DNA from: Tricharina praecox | Lineage: Eukaryota | NCBI RefSeq assembly: GCF_024521635.1 | Contig: NW_026250411.1 | Span: forward strand, 434,001 to 498,000 | DNA: 64,000 nt | Direction of reading: 5' to 3' | In this document: positions 36,887-50,853 of the stretch, piece by piece | Layout of the letters: every line of letters starts with the position of its first letter | Position numbering within the stretch: the first letter of the stretch is position 1 | Made by a program: the position numbers and the translations under genes | Notes under the pieces: generated by a model | Databases searched by the model: none | The model's input: only the letters and a program-made list of their open reading frames with translations | What the model was told of the DNA's origin: nothing

Positions 36887-38873
36887 CTAAGCCAACCCAA
36901 GCAATGCCATCTTCCTTCCTACGGGACTGTTCCCATCGCTCTCCTCGTCATCGCTGTTGTACACGCCCGAGTCCGTGTCAATGTCCCAGACCTCCGGCTC
37001 CGTCTGATCGACCGAATTCCACGGCTTCTGTTGGGCACCTCTCGTATTCCACCTAAGAGTACGAGAGATGCTGTCGATCCATTCGGTGCTGTTGCTCAGT
37101 ACCGTGGGGAACGGGTACTGACTTGCAGCGATGCTGACAAAGTCGCCGGGACAGAGTTCCAGACGACCCTTTCCATCGAAAGCACACCATGCGGTTGCAC
37201 GAGATCCTTTGGGGACGGATACGCGCAGTAGCATCGAGTCGTTCAGGAGCATTGGTCTAAACGAGAGCGAATGCGGACAGATCGGGGTGAGAAGGATAGC
37301 CGGGATGTCAGGGTGTACCAAGGAACCACCAGCGGAGAGCGAGTATGCAGTGGAACCGGTCGGCGTCGAGAAGATGCAACCGTCGGCTTGAACAACGGTA
37401 AGGAGGTCGTTGTCACCGTACAGTTCCAATTGGGAGACGTAGGGAGATGGACCACGGTCAATAACCAATTCTATGATCGTTAGATTAGATAAGACTCGAG
37501 AATGTGATTCTTTGGAGCAACATACCGTTGAGAACTTCAAACTGATCCTTTTCTACACTCTCGCCATCCTCCTCCCTGTAGACAGTGCATGTGAAGCGCA
37601 TGCGCATGTTCACTCGCAATCCATCATTCAGCACCTTATCGAGAGTTTCCCGGTAAAGATCGTATTTGAAGTTTGTCAGGAAACCAAGACTACCGAGCGA
37701 GAAGCTGAGAACGGGCGGAACGATGCGCTGGAACAGCCAAGAGGTGAATAGAACGGTGCCGTCACCACCCAGCGTGAGCACCAGGTCGAAGCTCTCGGGC
37801 GAGCTCCAGCAAAGATCCGGAGTCCAGTACTTCAGCATCTTCTTGAACTCGGGCTCCTCCTCCAACAATCCATCCGCATTGAATCTCGCCGAATTCCGGA
37901 GTTTCTTGTCCACGTAGACATTAACACCCAGACGCCTGCCATACCTCGGGGTCTTCATGAGCCAATGAGCCAGTTCCCGGGTAAGTGTGACCAATTCGTT
38001 ATCTCGCGCCTTGGTCACAATCATAACGTTCTTAACCGCTACCTTGCAGGTTCTCCGCTGCAGCTGCCGCGCAACTTCTCGTACGCCAAGTGCCGTCTGC
38101 ATGAGTCGCGAGTGCGATCGGTACTCGTCGCCGGCGATCTCTTCGAGGACACGGTCGACGTTAACGGTTTTGTCGAAGCGCTGGTGGTAGAAGCATGGCG
38201 ACTGCAGCGGCTCCATTCCGGCGGAGGATCGACTCGTGGGGCTCAGCATCGCGGCCGAAGCTTCAATGGCGTACTCGTTGAGACCCGTGTTGTTGTGGTG
38301 TTCTGCACCGTTCTGCGAGATGATGTACCTGGGGGAGTTCTGCGCCGCTGCCGTCATGATGCTCTGCCGCAGGCCCGGGGCAATCGACATGGGCGTGAGG
38401 GAGAGGGGAGACAGCGAAGGGCGATTGGAGGCCAGGGCCTTGAGTAGCGTCTGGCGAGGAACTTCTTCGGCCGTGGTACGGCTCTGTCGCGAGCGGGCAA
38501 AGGATTTTGGCGACTTTAACGACGGAGGGGAATGGGGTAGCTCCTGTCTGGTCTCTAGTAGCGAGTAGTGGTCTTCGGGAGCGGTGGATAGGAGTTGCGG
38601 CGCCGGTGTTGTATCATGTGTGGGAGAAACCGGTAGCGAGGGACTGTTGGCGGCGGAGGTGGGGAACGAGCCTGGATATACAAATTTTGGAGTTGTGGTA
38701 GAGGAGGGCGATGCGTGGGGAGGAGGTGGAGATGGTTCCGAGCACTGGTCGGCTTGACAATCTCCAGAAACGGACATGGTCGTGGGGGGGGGACGAATGG
38801 AATTAACGTTCAACCGTGCCGGCACACCGTGCTGCTCCTGCAGGGCCAAGGTCTGCGTCTGTGGGGACGACAT
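36887..38873 (-). CDS. UTR1: ATP-NAD(H) kinase (Utr1/Yef1-like), about 643 aa; exons complement(37526..38873,36887..37470)
   Basis: LGGDGTVL, SLGSLGFLT, NE motif split by the intron (VLN-E-LVIDRG), DGCIFSTPTGSTAYSLSAGG, TPICPHSLSFRP. Confidence 0.93.
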
Positions 38874-39703
38874 GGGTGGTTTTCGGGGTTTGTGGCAGCG
38901 ATTAGGGGAACGAGAATTTCCACGGGGAATTGCAGCGTCAGTTGGGATGCTCGGGATTTGTGGTATCGGCGTATGGGCGGCGATATCTGCGGAGTCCCGA
39001 CAGCGAGAAGGGGGGACAAGCGTGCGACTCGGAAGTTGTCGAGTCTTTTTCTTTTTATTTTCTTTTCCGCGAGAGCCGACTTGTTCCCGATGGGGACAAT
39101 TTCGGATAGGGAAGATTATCGGAGGTGACACGAAGACCTTCGGCGCTTCGCTTCTTCGGATTTTTCTTTTCGGGGGTTGGGTTTCCTGACTGCTGACTAA
39201 CCGACTGCTGACTGCTGACTGCTGACTGCTGAGAAGGATGTTCGGATTTAGGATTTACGATTCAAGCAAGTTGCAAGGCACAGCACTGGAAGCACTGAGC
39301 GCGATGTCGTCAGTACACACGACAGGTAGATTGGATGACGGTTTTTCCTGTCGAGGGGGGCTGGGAAGGGTTTTTTTCTTCGCGAGGGGACTTCTAATCA
39401 GGCTGCAGGGTCATTCCCGTTTTTTCCGCGGTCCGGAAGTGCTCCCGCCAGCAAACAAATCCCCAACGGAGGGAGGGGAAACGTGGGGACGCAAGAGGCG
39501 GAGAAAACCTGAGCGGCATCTGGAGGAAACGGGGAGAGCTGCTTACCAAAGATCGAAGATGCTCTACTAGGAGGTAACTAGGGGCCGGATGGGTGACGGA
39601 GCTAAAGGAAGGAGCGAGCTGCGCTGCAGGGCTTCGACTTATTCTTCTTTGGGGGCTTTCTCGATCGATATCCTGTCGACGGGTAGAAAGTGGGGCAGAA
39701 GAC

Positions 39704-40014
39704 GGATGGATATATGGACGACGAGGGAAATCGAGATGGAGTACGATCAACGGTGGACAGCCAGCTTATTATGATGATCGAGAGAGAGAGAGGAGGAGCG
39801 GGGTAAAGCTCCCAACGGCAAAAAAGCTTAAGAGACACCTGATATTGGATATCTCGACGGTTGGATGGACGACGACGAGGGAAATGGAGATGAAGCACGA
39901 TCAACCGTGGTATACACCGACGATGGCCAGCTTATTATGCTGATCAGGAGAGAGCGGGGTAAGGCTTCCAACAGTAAAAAGCTCAAGAGAAACTCGATGT
40001 TGGATATCTCGACA
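39704..40014. repeat. Diverged tandem duplication of about 155 bp in intergenic DNA
   Basis: GACGACGAGGGAAAT.GAGATG...CGATCAAC...GCCAGCTTATTATG...GAGCGGGGTAA...AAGAGA...TTGGATATCTCGAC occurs twice. Confidence 0.85.
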
Positions 40015-43000
40015 ACTTCGAAGCGCCCCGCCTCTGATAGGCGAGCTGTTGTGCGTGCTTAGAGACCTCTGGGGGCCGCTCGTGCAGAAGACAAGACCGG
40101 TTCAGTTTTGCGATTGGAGAGAGCGAAGGTGAGCTGCAGCCTCAGACTGGATGACAAGGACTGAGTGAGTGTGGGTGGGCCAGCCGGGGAAGACGATGCA
40201 GAAAAAGAAATCCGAAGAAGAAGAAGAAAAGAAGACGCTGCGATAGCGATGGTGCTGGTGTGCTGTTGTTGGTTTTCGGAACAGTACATATCATCTCACG
40301 GATATGGAGAAATTTATATCGCCCTCGCGTCTATTATCCTCCCGTGCAAGCCACTTGATATTTCTGCACTTGACAGCATCTTTCCCATGGTTCTGGCACT
40401 GCGTGGAAGTGCCTCAAACCGCTCCGAAGGATCCGCTGTGCGTTTGATACAATCCCGAGTTTCACGCCCCGTGACCCACCCGTGCGACCTGTATCTATCC
40501 CTCCTCCTCACGGCTAGACGCACCTTTCGGCCGGTGCTGACTTGACCGTGGGAGACGGATGAGCCTTCAACGGAGGGGGGTATGAGGAGAACGAGGAGGA
40601 TGTCAAGATTGCAACAAAGCCCACGAGAGCTCGCGGTTACGCGCCCGTGGAGCTGCACGACATAAATCGTATGCACCGGCACAGTCGCTAGGCATTCTCG
40701 CCCTCTCTTGGTTGTGGGTGGTTGTGGGTGGGGGCTGTCTCGGCGGCACAATCATTCGGCGCTTCGACGGTGTCTCGTAGACAAGTTACATCCATCCGAC
40801 GTCGCGATGGAGTGCTACTACGGCACCCGGCCGACGGCAGAGTCGGTGAGCCAGCCCATGCAGCAGAGTTTCGTGACGAGCCCCAACCCCCGCCGTCACT
40901 CGCCAGCAGAGATCCAGTTGGCGTCGGCGGGCCAGTTCATACAGCAGAGTTTCGCGACGAGCCCCAGCCCCGCCCCCGCCGTCACTCGCCAATATATATC
41001 CAGTTGGAGTCTGCAGCGTCAACACGTGCAGAAAAGATACCGGTGGGTACGCGAAGGAGACGGCTGCAGCTCAAACTGCTGGGTATGTCATACTACAGTA
41101 CCGGTATCCAGGTACTCTATCAGCCAGAATGCTGGAGTATCAGATTTTCGCGAAACTCTCCTGCAACCCACTGCGTGTCCCCCCTACCTACGCATAGGGA
41201 GTACTGGAATTTCCCCGCCACTGCTACATACATATCGCATACTGTACATGTCTACCTATGAATGTACTCGACAAGTCTGCCATCGCTCAAACAGCAGGAG
41301 GCAATCCATCCCGCGCATGATGCATCTCGCCATGGAAACCCTCGACCGTGGCATTCGACGAACCGGTCAACGTATCGCCTTTTGTTTGGACTTTTGCGGA
41401 GACGAGACCCTCGCCTCCATCTCAGCCCTTCACTCCGGATCGTCCGGGATGTGCAACCAGACACCAGTGTTTCTTTAGGATCAGGGTTGCATGTCGGCCG
41501 CCAGGGCTGAGAGCTGGCGGCGATACGCTCGACAACCGACAGGTTCGAGAGGCCGTCGCAGGTCGGAGCTTGAAGCTTACGATGTTGGGAAGCGGGAGAT
41601 ATGTATCAGTATGCGGGCTGGTGACGGATCAACATGTATCTGCTGGAGGCATGCTGGCTGTATGGTATATCATTCAGGTGTAGTAGATTCGTCAAAGAGC
41701 ATGCCCTTAGTCTTCGCTGGTTCGATGGGACCTGAAAATAGGGTCGGTATGAAGGCCTGGAATACGAACGGCATCCACCAACCAGAATCAACCCCATACG
41801 ATACCTACGAAACGCCCACCATAGAAACATGGAGCAGATTCCGCTTACTGTACATGTCGTCTCAACGCGCTAATTGGCCGCGACTCGCAAGAACTTCCGT
41901 AAGCTTCGAGCCGTTTGCACTTGGATCGAAGCAACGGTAGCCGCCGGCAATCACGGCCATCCGTTGTAGCGTCAGCCCTATGTATTGTACCGATCTGTCC
42001 AACAGCATCAATAGTTCTATTTGTCACGAGGCAGGATTTTCTTTTGTGACAAAGCGCTTGGGCGGTGCTCTCGACAATATCTCGTTGGGAACTGTATGCG
42101 TCCACTGGTGTTTTCCGCTTTCACGATGCGCGTGATGCAGGTACCTACTATGAACGGCCGACCAGCTCCCGCAAGTGAGCCACTGCCGCAGGACGGTAGT
42201 ACCAGACTCTGCCCCTTCAGCGAACTCCATCCATCCAGTGAACTCCATCCATCCATTGAGCTCTATCCCTCCATCGAACTCCATCCCTTCACTCACAGAA
42301 CCATGCCTTCGATCGCTTCAAGTGCTCGACTTTCCGAATCACAGCACAAGCAGTAAGTTCATCAACTCGGACACCTATACTGTTCCACGAACATATCATG
42401 CGATACCAGCCTTCGGAATGGGAAGGAAAGTGCATACGGCTTTCGGCCGGCAACCCACGATCTCGATCACAGCCTGCTGTTCCACAGATAGTCATTCTTC
42501 CCGACTGGCTCGATCGTTTCATGCAAGTCCGGATATAAACCAGCTTGCCCCAGACAGTGAGACAGCTGAGCTCTTTGAGGCGGCTACCGGTGCCACCCAA
42601 CGCCACTTCCCCGTGCTCGGTCCTCGGCGTCTCCTTGGCCGGTGGCCGGTAAGCTGTATGGCCGTCACCTACTTGACCAGCAAGGACCCGACAATAGCAA
42701 GGGAAAACGAAGGAGGAAGAAGTGCTGACTGGGCACGGAGTACCATCTCAGCGACACCTACCGAGACCAACCTCGTCTACCGGACCCGCGAATCCAGCCG
42801 TGCCGAGGCCTGATTGTGGTTTGCTTGGATGTGCCCGTCAGCTCAACGGATATGATACCAATGTCGGCCGATCCGGACGAGAAGGCGTTGCGGTTCGAAC
42901 AGAAGGATCCATCATCCCGTGCACTCATGTAGGTAGTCCGTCAAATTATCTCTGGATGCGGGCTAGTCCCGCAGGTCCTTTCCATCTCCGCATGCTCATA

Positions 43001-44163
43001 GCTTGTTAGTGCCCACCCAGGTGGAATATGTGCACTTCTTCTTCATCATTATGCACCCCGCAATCACATCTCAACCCGTTGTACATACATATGAGCTTCA
43101 CAGTCCAGTCTATCACTGGGGCTAGATATCGGACCACCATCAGCCTTCCCCGGCGTGCATCATGCCCACGCCATGCCCCGCCGGTATTATAGTATTACCC
43201 TCCCTCTATCACACCTTTAAGACATCAGCTAAAATATTAACAAAGCCTCCCGCCGTCGCCGTCGAAGGTTGCTCGTCGCCGACCAAACGTGTCTCACCTT
43301 GTGTGGCGTCGTGGCTGGCAGTCTCGTGGCTGAAACTTTCGGACCTCCCTGGTCATAATCGTCGGCATGATTCCGTCCGAATAGCTTGCGGCGGAAATTG
43401 TCTCGGAGTTCCTGAGCAGGCACCAACCGCCACATACGGTACCAGACTCTGTCGTGACTGGAGCGTTCAGCCGTTGCGCACATCTCCCGCGCCCGATACC
43501 CACCAACGCCGTACTATAATATAGTACCGCATGCTCACTGTATTTGCTTCCATTACTGCGCCTTTCTCCAAGAAAGCTTGAAGAATTTCTGTCAGACTAG
43601 GTACCTATCCATTGACGAGGTAATTATACCTATCAATTCTGGTTGATCGACGACTTTACCACAATCAACAGGTCCGTCTTAAGTGTTACCACCGGATGGG
43701 TTTTGATGGCGACAGAGTATCCATTATGGTCAAGCCCGATTTGGTTACGATTGGCGATGCAACTACGGAGGAAATCCAACATCTATCGATCACTAATAGT
43801 TACATACAAATCCAACAGCTGGCCCCCCACTCACCGTCGCCCGGAATCCTTTGATCCCACCCGTTCTCCCACTCGAAAATTGCTTCATGGCACGGTTGGC
43901 TGCTACGTAGGTAGAGTAGGTAGGTAGGTGGTTATTTGTCTTACATAGTTTCGCCGTCGTAGTCATACCCACCCATACAAAGTCAGTGCCATAAGTACCA
44001 TAGTATGTTAAGATAAACAACCACTTCCACTCTTCATCTCCACCCCTCATTTCCAGCCGTCCCCGGTCAGCTCATCACGTTCAATCACTCGTAATCGTTC
44101 GCTATACGCTATGATTGGCCGTCCAGTTGGCCCCTCACATCGGTACGTGTCTAGCGCTAGCCA

Positions 44164-47040
44164 ATGGCCCCACTGTTGAAGCCCATGTTCATAAGCGGCG
44201 CGTCGCCCATGCGCAGATGCATATCTCCAATTCCCTCCAACACCAGCGCAATGACCAAACCTTCGCCAGCACGTTCGTTCCTCTCACGCCTTTCCTGCCG
44301 GCGGTCGATAAATGAGGGTGCTTTCACGGGCACGCCGCTCTCGCGACCTTCAGATCCCCCGAAGAATATTGCCCTGTTCGTCGAAAGCAGGAAAAGCTTG
44401 AAGGGCAGCCCGAAACTTGAGAGTTCTGCGTCCAGCGTCTATAGTGTGCGCGCTCCGGACTCAATTGCACCTATTGCTGTAGCTACTGGTGGTGGTGGTG
44501 GAGTTGCTGGTGTAGTACCGTGAGTTCTCTCTTGCTATCCTATTTATTTATTGGGAGAATCATCGCACTGACTCGATCGCAGAGAAACTGAATACGAGCC
44601 CACCTCTGGGGAATCCGCCCGGGCTCCTCCTCCTCCTCCGGCCGTGGGAGAATACTTTCAGCAGCACAGAGACAGAGAAATCGAACCTTCTCCGGACCTT
44701 CCAGATCCCTCGATAAAGGGTGAGGAGGATGTGCATGGATCGGGAGATGAGCCCTCGCTTCGAGGGTTCGCCACCACCACCACCACCACTACCACTACCA
44801 ACACGACGTCCGTGCGCCAAATACCGCAGGACGCCGCGGAGTTGCCGGATGCGCCGCCAAGCGTGCTACTGTGGGAAAGGGGCGACGATATCGGCGAGGC
44901 CCTTTTCCCGGCTGCGGCGCCGGTCTACGGCACAGTTGATAATGCAAACGAGACACGTGTGGCCGCGGCAATTCGAAGAGAGAGCACGAGTGGGGCGGCG
45001 GGAGATACTGCTCCCGGGTTCCATAATAGCTATGTGAGCTTGGTCGCTCCGTTCATTGCCGACGAGGAAGAAGACAGAACATCCACAATCGAAGATGTGG
45101 GTAGAGGGCGTGCTAGGGAGGTCGCAGAAACCGCTTCGGTGAATAGAGAGCGATCTTCAAGCACAACATTCGAAGTCGAAGAGGAGGCTCGAGGACGTGC
45201 TAGGGGGATCACGGAAACCACTTCTGCGGGTAGAGAGCGATCTTCAAGTACAACATTCGAAATCGAAGAAGTGACCAGAGGGCGTGCTAGGGAGGTCACA
45301 GAAGTCGCTTTTGCGGATAGAGAGCGGTCCTCAAGCACGACATTTGAATTCGAAGAAGTGACCAGAGGGCGTGCTAGGGAGATCACAGAAGTCGCTGCTG
45401 CGAACAGAGAACGATCCTCAAGTACGACATTCAACGTCGAAGAAGATGCGGAAAGTATCTACTCGCAAGCTGCGGCCGAGTCCGATGATCCGGAGGCCAG
45501 AGTCGCGCCCCCAACACACAGACAATCTACGGTGCAAAGCCAGAGGACGGTCGAAGGCACAGAAGAGCCTGGGGAAAGTGCTATAGAAACCGCCAATGAG
45601 ACGAGGGTTGTAGACGCGCGCACATCGTTCGGAATCACAAAAGAGTTCGATGATGATGCCTCCTCGCAAACCACAATCAATACCGACGAAATGGACGACG
45701 ATGTAACCCCCACAGCGAAACATTTTTCATTCTTACCACCATATCCTACGAGCGTCCGAGGCCCGCCACACGCGGCCCGTGGCGACGGCGCAAGCACGAA
45801 ATCCGGTGTTACGGAATTCGAAGACAGCACGTCGGAAGCAGGGCTCGAGGAGAGCGATTTATGGATGATACCGCCTAGGATAGCTGTCACGCTGCCCGAA
45901 CCTACGGAAAACAAGGACCGCTCACTGCTCTCGGTTGATGATGTGGATGTGGGGGAAACACCCATCACAGCAATATGCTCGCGCAATCCTGCCCCGTGGA
46001 TGCAAGCACCCACCATGGCAGCCAAAGGCGCGGAAGACCCAGAACACGATACCGCCTCGCTAACCTCGATTGACACCGATGGTATGGACGACGACGACGT
46101 GACCCCCACAGCCAACCATTCGCGCCATAGCATTCCCCCCTGGGTGTCGGAGCTCCAGCCGAAGGCCGGAGGCAGCGACACCTGCTCGCTCACCACCATC
46201 GAAACCGACGATTCGGGGAGCATATACACATACACATCCGAAACCTCGGACCGCCGCCCACCAACCGCCGAACCACAACAAGGCCTCATACCGATAGCGT
46301 ATGGAACACACATAACGCCCGTAGCCGAACCAGCCAACACAACCACAACCCCCACCGAACCCACCGTCGCGGACCGCCTGTCCGCCGCCATCTTATCACA
46401 CGACCTCTCGCTCGTCCTGCGCCTGCTGGAAACTCCGCACATAAACCTCAACACCCCCGACTCGCAGGGTCGGTCCCCGATCCTATTATCCCTCCAAACC
46501 CACCTCACCGCCGACCAACCCAACGAAATCCTCTCCACCCTCCTCACGCGCCCAGACCTAAACCTAAACACACTCCCACTCCTCCACACCGCAGTGATCG
46601 CCAACTCCCCCGCGGTCGTCGCACTACTCCTGCAGCGAACAGACCTGGACATAAACCTTGCCTCGCCCATCACGCCGCTAGAGCTCGCAGTCGCCCACGG
46701 GGAACAGGGACACGAGCTGGTAAGGCTCCTCTGTGAGAGGAAGGACCTCGACGTTAATAAGAACAACGTGGTGCACATGGCCATCAGGAGAGGGTGGGAG
46801 GGGATCGTTAGGTTGCTGGTAGAAAGGGAGGATTTGGATGTTAATAGGACGCATGAGGGGGCTACGCCGGTGGAGCTGGCGGGGAGGTTGGCGGGGGAAA
46901 GGGGAACGGAAGCGGAAACAGAAACGGAAGGGAAAAGTAGTGATCGGGGGATTTCGGGGATTTTGGAGATTTTAAGGGGACGGGCAGATCTACACGATCA
47001 TCACCATCATAATCAGCAGCAGCAGCATGAGAGTAATTAG
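44164..47040 (+). CDS. About 937-aa protein with an acidic repeat-rich disordered region and C-terminal ankyrin repeats; exons 44164..44519,44583..47040
   Basis: Intron GTGAGT...CTGAC...CAG joins the two ORFs in phase 2; ankyrin motifs GRSPILLS, PLLHTAV, TPLELAV, VVHMAI, GATPVELA, each with a DL(D/N)(I/V)N linker. Confidence 0.85.
45089..45440 (+). repeat. Coding minisatellite: 4 x 87 nt (29-aa unit EEVTRGRAREVTEVAxAxRERSSSTTFEx)
   Basis: TGCTAGGG recurs at 45111, 45198, 45285 and 45372. Confidence 0.95.
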
Positions 47041-48371
47041 GGATCTAAAGGGCGTTATGGTGGATTATTTTCTGCACAACTAGGCAGGCAAGTACATACT
47101 TCATATTTGATACCTAGATCCGCGCCGGAGATGGAGTCGGACTACGGCATACTTTGTACATAATGTATTTTTATTTTCTGTTTCTGTTTACTTGGAGTCA
47201 TTGCATTCGAGAATCGACCTTACCGGAGCATGGTAGGTTGTGGCAGATCATGGCGGATACTTTGTATGGTACATACACCGCTTCCTCCTCAGTCTCCGAC
47301 CGCTGGTCACGAGTTCGATGTGGTGCTCCCGCCCAGCCTTCTTCCTATACCCACTCTAGTAGTGTGTACACCAACATCGCCAGCCTTCGCCAGCCTTACA
47401 AGCCACGTGCCTATTTGCTGTACCGAGTGACACTAAATGCTCAACACTCCCCACACTCCTCGCCACGGAAGCTAGCCAGTGACCACCAATCCACCAGTCC
47501 AGCCTCAAAGAGTCAACCCCCCCCCCCCCCCCCCCCCCCCCAATTTTGAGCCACCGAGACCCACCGAGACCTTCCAAGAACCGCAAGCAGCAAGCTGCCA
47601 CACCGCCTCGCCTCAGCAACCCATTCACTCACTCACTCATCATTACTAAGTCTGGTCCCTACCTACCTCCGGCAGACGGCACCCCCCCTTCTGGTTTTCC
47701 AAGCTTCCCAAGCTTCCCCGGACCTACAAGCACCTTAAGTACCTATTCTCCTTCCCCCCTCCCCGCCGCCACCCCTCGGGCACAACTCAGCTATTCGTTT
47801 CGTCTCATCGTCACACTTCACTTCACTTCACGACGGCCCAACGCAGCCCAATTCAGCTCAATTCAGCTCAATCTCACTCCAATTCCATTCTTGCATCCCA
47901 GCCTCCCACATAGCGATATTCATACACCTCTCCCCGCCCATAAACAAAACCACAGCACCCATACATCCAGCCAACATCCATGATTCACAGGCAAGCTAGG
48001 TAGGCAGGTAGGCAGCACACAACCACAACATGCATGTTTTCAATACCAAAACACTAGGCGGGGGCCGAATGAAGAATGAAGAATGAAGCGAGATGAGATG
48101 CACGCACAACTATCCTCAGGAACAAGGAACAAGAAAAACAAACCCCCCGACATGCACATACCCTTAAAGGAACCCAGAACCAACCAACAAAAGGACGACG
48201 ACGACGATAACCATTCCAATCCATTTCCCCGTTCCGTTAGAATCCCCGTTAGAATCCCGCCACCTCAAGGAAAATAAACAACAGTGGAACTGATAACTGA
48301 AAAACTGAAAACATAAACAAGCACAACTCTCCCCCCTCCTCTGCCACTTTCCGATACACAATAATCCCAAA

Positions 48372-50853
48372 CTACCTCCAAGTGCCGCCCCTGAGACTCA
48401 ACAAGTTCTCGACACACTCGAGCTCATCCACCCTTCTGGGCGACGCCAGCCTTACCGTGCTGCCGAAACCCCCATCCTGGCCATCGACAAACAGCTCAGC
48501 ATCCTGGCTCTCATTCTCGTGGCCGCCAAAGCTAATCGACTCCTGGCTGGCGCCGTATCCTTCATCGACGATATCATAGGTACTCGGCCTCCTGTTGGAG
48601 GATGAAGTTGAGGGCTTGCTCTTTGGTTTCTTAACGGATGTAGCGGTAGAGGTGCCGTTCAACGCGCCCTTCCCCGCGACGCCGAGAGCACGACGCTTTG
48701 GCGGGTCCGGCGGGGGCGAGAACGAGGCGCCGGGCGGGTGGTTTTCCTTATCGCTATCGAGCGACTCGAACGAGCCAAAGTCCTTTCTGTTGCGGCTGAA
48801 GGAGCCAGTGAGCGGTTTTGGCCGTGAGGCCTTTTTGGTCGACGTGATGACTTTGCGGTCCTGTTGCTGCTTCTTTAGGGGAGGCTTCGATGGCGTCTTG
48901 GATGGCGTCTTCTTTGCTGGCGTCTTTGCGGCGAGCGGCTTCGAAACGGAAGACTTCTTTTTCTCGGATAGTGACGGCAACGCTGGTTGAGGCTTTTTCT
49001 TGACGGGCGTTGGTTTGACGAATTCATCTTTCCGGATGGCGGTTGTGTTGGTGGTGTTGGTGGTGTTGGTGGAGGTAGTAGTGGTGGTGGCAGCAGCAGT
49101 GATGGGTTGGGTTTGAGATAGAGTTCGAAGTAGCGTTGGAAGACTGCCGATGGTGTTGCGTCGAGTCCGCAGTAGCCGCAGTGCCTGGGTCGCTTCCGAA
49201 GGCTGCGGAGGTGTTGCAGCAGGCGACCGGATCGCGGATTGGTTGTCGCAGCAGAACTCCCACAGGCTGCTGTCGACAGGCGTGCTTAGGGGCCTTCGCC
49301 TAGCGGTTCGAGGTCCGGGCGTCGGGAGCTGCTTTGGTGGGGACGATGGAGGCGCGTCTTCGAGAACCACGGTAGCCTTGCCTTCCAGTGATGTGGTCAG
49401 GCGAATTGCCGACGAGGAACGTCGGAGGAGGCGTGGTGGAGGGGGCAACTGGTTGGCGGACGCGGACGTGGACGTGGACGGTGTTCGACGGGGGTTAGTC
49501 GACGCGAGGGGCGGGGGCAAGACGGGCTCCTCAATGGCTGCGGGTGCGATGACGGGACCGTTCAACACGTCCTGCAGACGACGATGGGCAGCAGAGGTAG
49601 TCATCTTGGTCTCGTGTTGAATTGTGGTGGCAGTCGACGCGGTCACTGCAGCTGTGGGCATTATGAAGCCTTTTTTGGTGAACGTGTACGTGTTGTGCGA
49701 CTGTGTCGTGACAGTGGTGTGTTGTGATTTCGACTCGTGGGGCAATGACGGAACCCCTTCTGACCGGGCGTCTGATTGTTCCTGCTGCAGCTGACCGGAC
49801 GCGGGTTCGGCTTCCTCTGGTTCTCGGAGCTGGCGGGTAGCGGGGTGAATTTCGATGTTGCTGTTGTTGTTGCTGTTGTTGTTAGTAGTGGTGGTGGTGT
49901 TGGTACAGCGATGGTACTGCCGCGCCCGTGGTCTCTGGCTTGGTCCTGTGGAGGCGGCGGCGGCGGCGTAGGGACTGCTTGTCATGGGAAATCCTGACGA
50001 CACGCTATTGTCGCTAGCGGGATTGCTGAGCCCCACGCCGCCTCGATCGAATCCTGGAGACGACGACACGAGTGACAGCTGTGACGAGGGCGCCATCGAG
50101 CTGCGACGCGCGCTATTGGGAACCATCTCGTGAGGCTGCAGAGGTGTTGCCCGTCGTCGTTGCGCCTGGCGTTTATTGCAGAACCAAATCTGCAAGATCA
50201 AACCCACGAAATTGTCAGGACCTGTTTTTCTGCTTCTCTGCTTCTCATTTTCCCCGCGCCAGAGGGTTTTTCTTCTACAAGTCACGTCGCGATCGTCGGT
50301 CTGGCCCTTTTCGCACGAATGAACACGCTAAAGAAACCACGATGGACTGGACTGCGATTGCTCCACGCACGCGCGACACTGGCCGCACCCCGCTCCCCGA
50401 CAAGCACGCACACACAAGACATCCAGAACCCCCAATGGACCCATTCGCGGCGGCAGTGGCAGTAGCAGTAGCAGTGGTAGCGCCGGCGCCAGCAGTGGCG
50501 CGCGCGCGCGACCGTGACGGACGCGACGTGACGGACAGACGGATGGATTGATGCGACGGTGAGGCGTGTGTAAATACCTGAACTTCCTTCTCCCCCATCT
50601 GCACCAGTTTGCAGATTTCCCTCCTCTGGGCCTTGTCAGGCTTCGTGCACTTCCGGTATTCCTGCTCGAGGATGGCCTGGTCGTGCGGCGAGGTCCTTCT
50701 GCGGCGCCGGCGGGAGAAAGTCGCGTCGTCGTAGTAAGACGGCAGCGTCGGCGGCAGCAGCTGCGTGTCCTGCGACGAGGACGGCAGGAACGAGTAGCCG
50801 GTCGAGCTGCTGGGATGGTCGGCGACACTGCTGTCGAAAGATTGATCTGGCAT
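48372..50853 (-). CDS. Homeodomain transcription factor (Yox1/Yhp1-like), about 697 aa; exons complement(50578..50853,48372..50189)
   Basis: RRRRRRTSPHDQAILEQEY..CTKPDKAQRREIC...MGEKEVQ|IWFCNKRQ; also IRLTTSLEGKA, LWEFC, SDKEN and C-terminal ECVENLLSL. A 388-nt phase-0 intron splits helix 3. Confidence 0.88.

Noticed and set aside
40165..43950. ORFs up to 256 aa (e.g. 40708..41478, 42175..42813)
   Set aside because: Non-ATG starts or atypical composition, overlapping frames and no domain signal.
45459..46784. 441-aa antisense ORF, and similar shadow ORFs opposite other genes
   Set aside because: Expected by-product of GC-rich codon usage on the coding strand.
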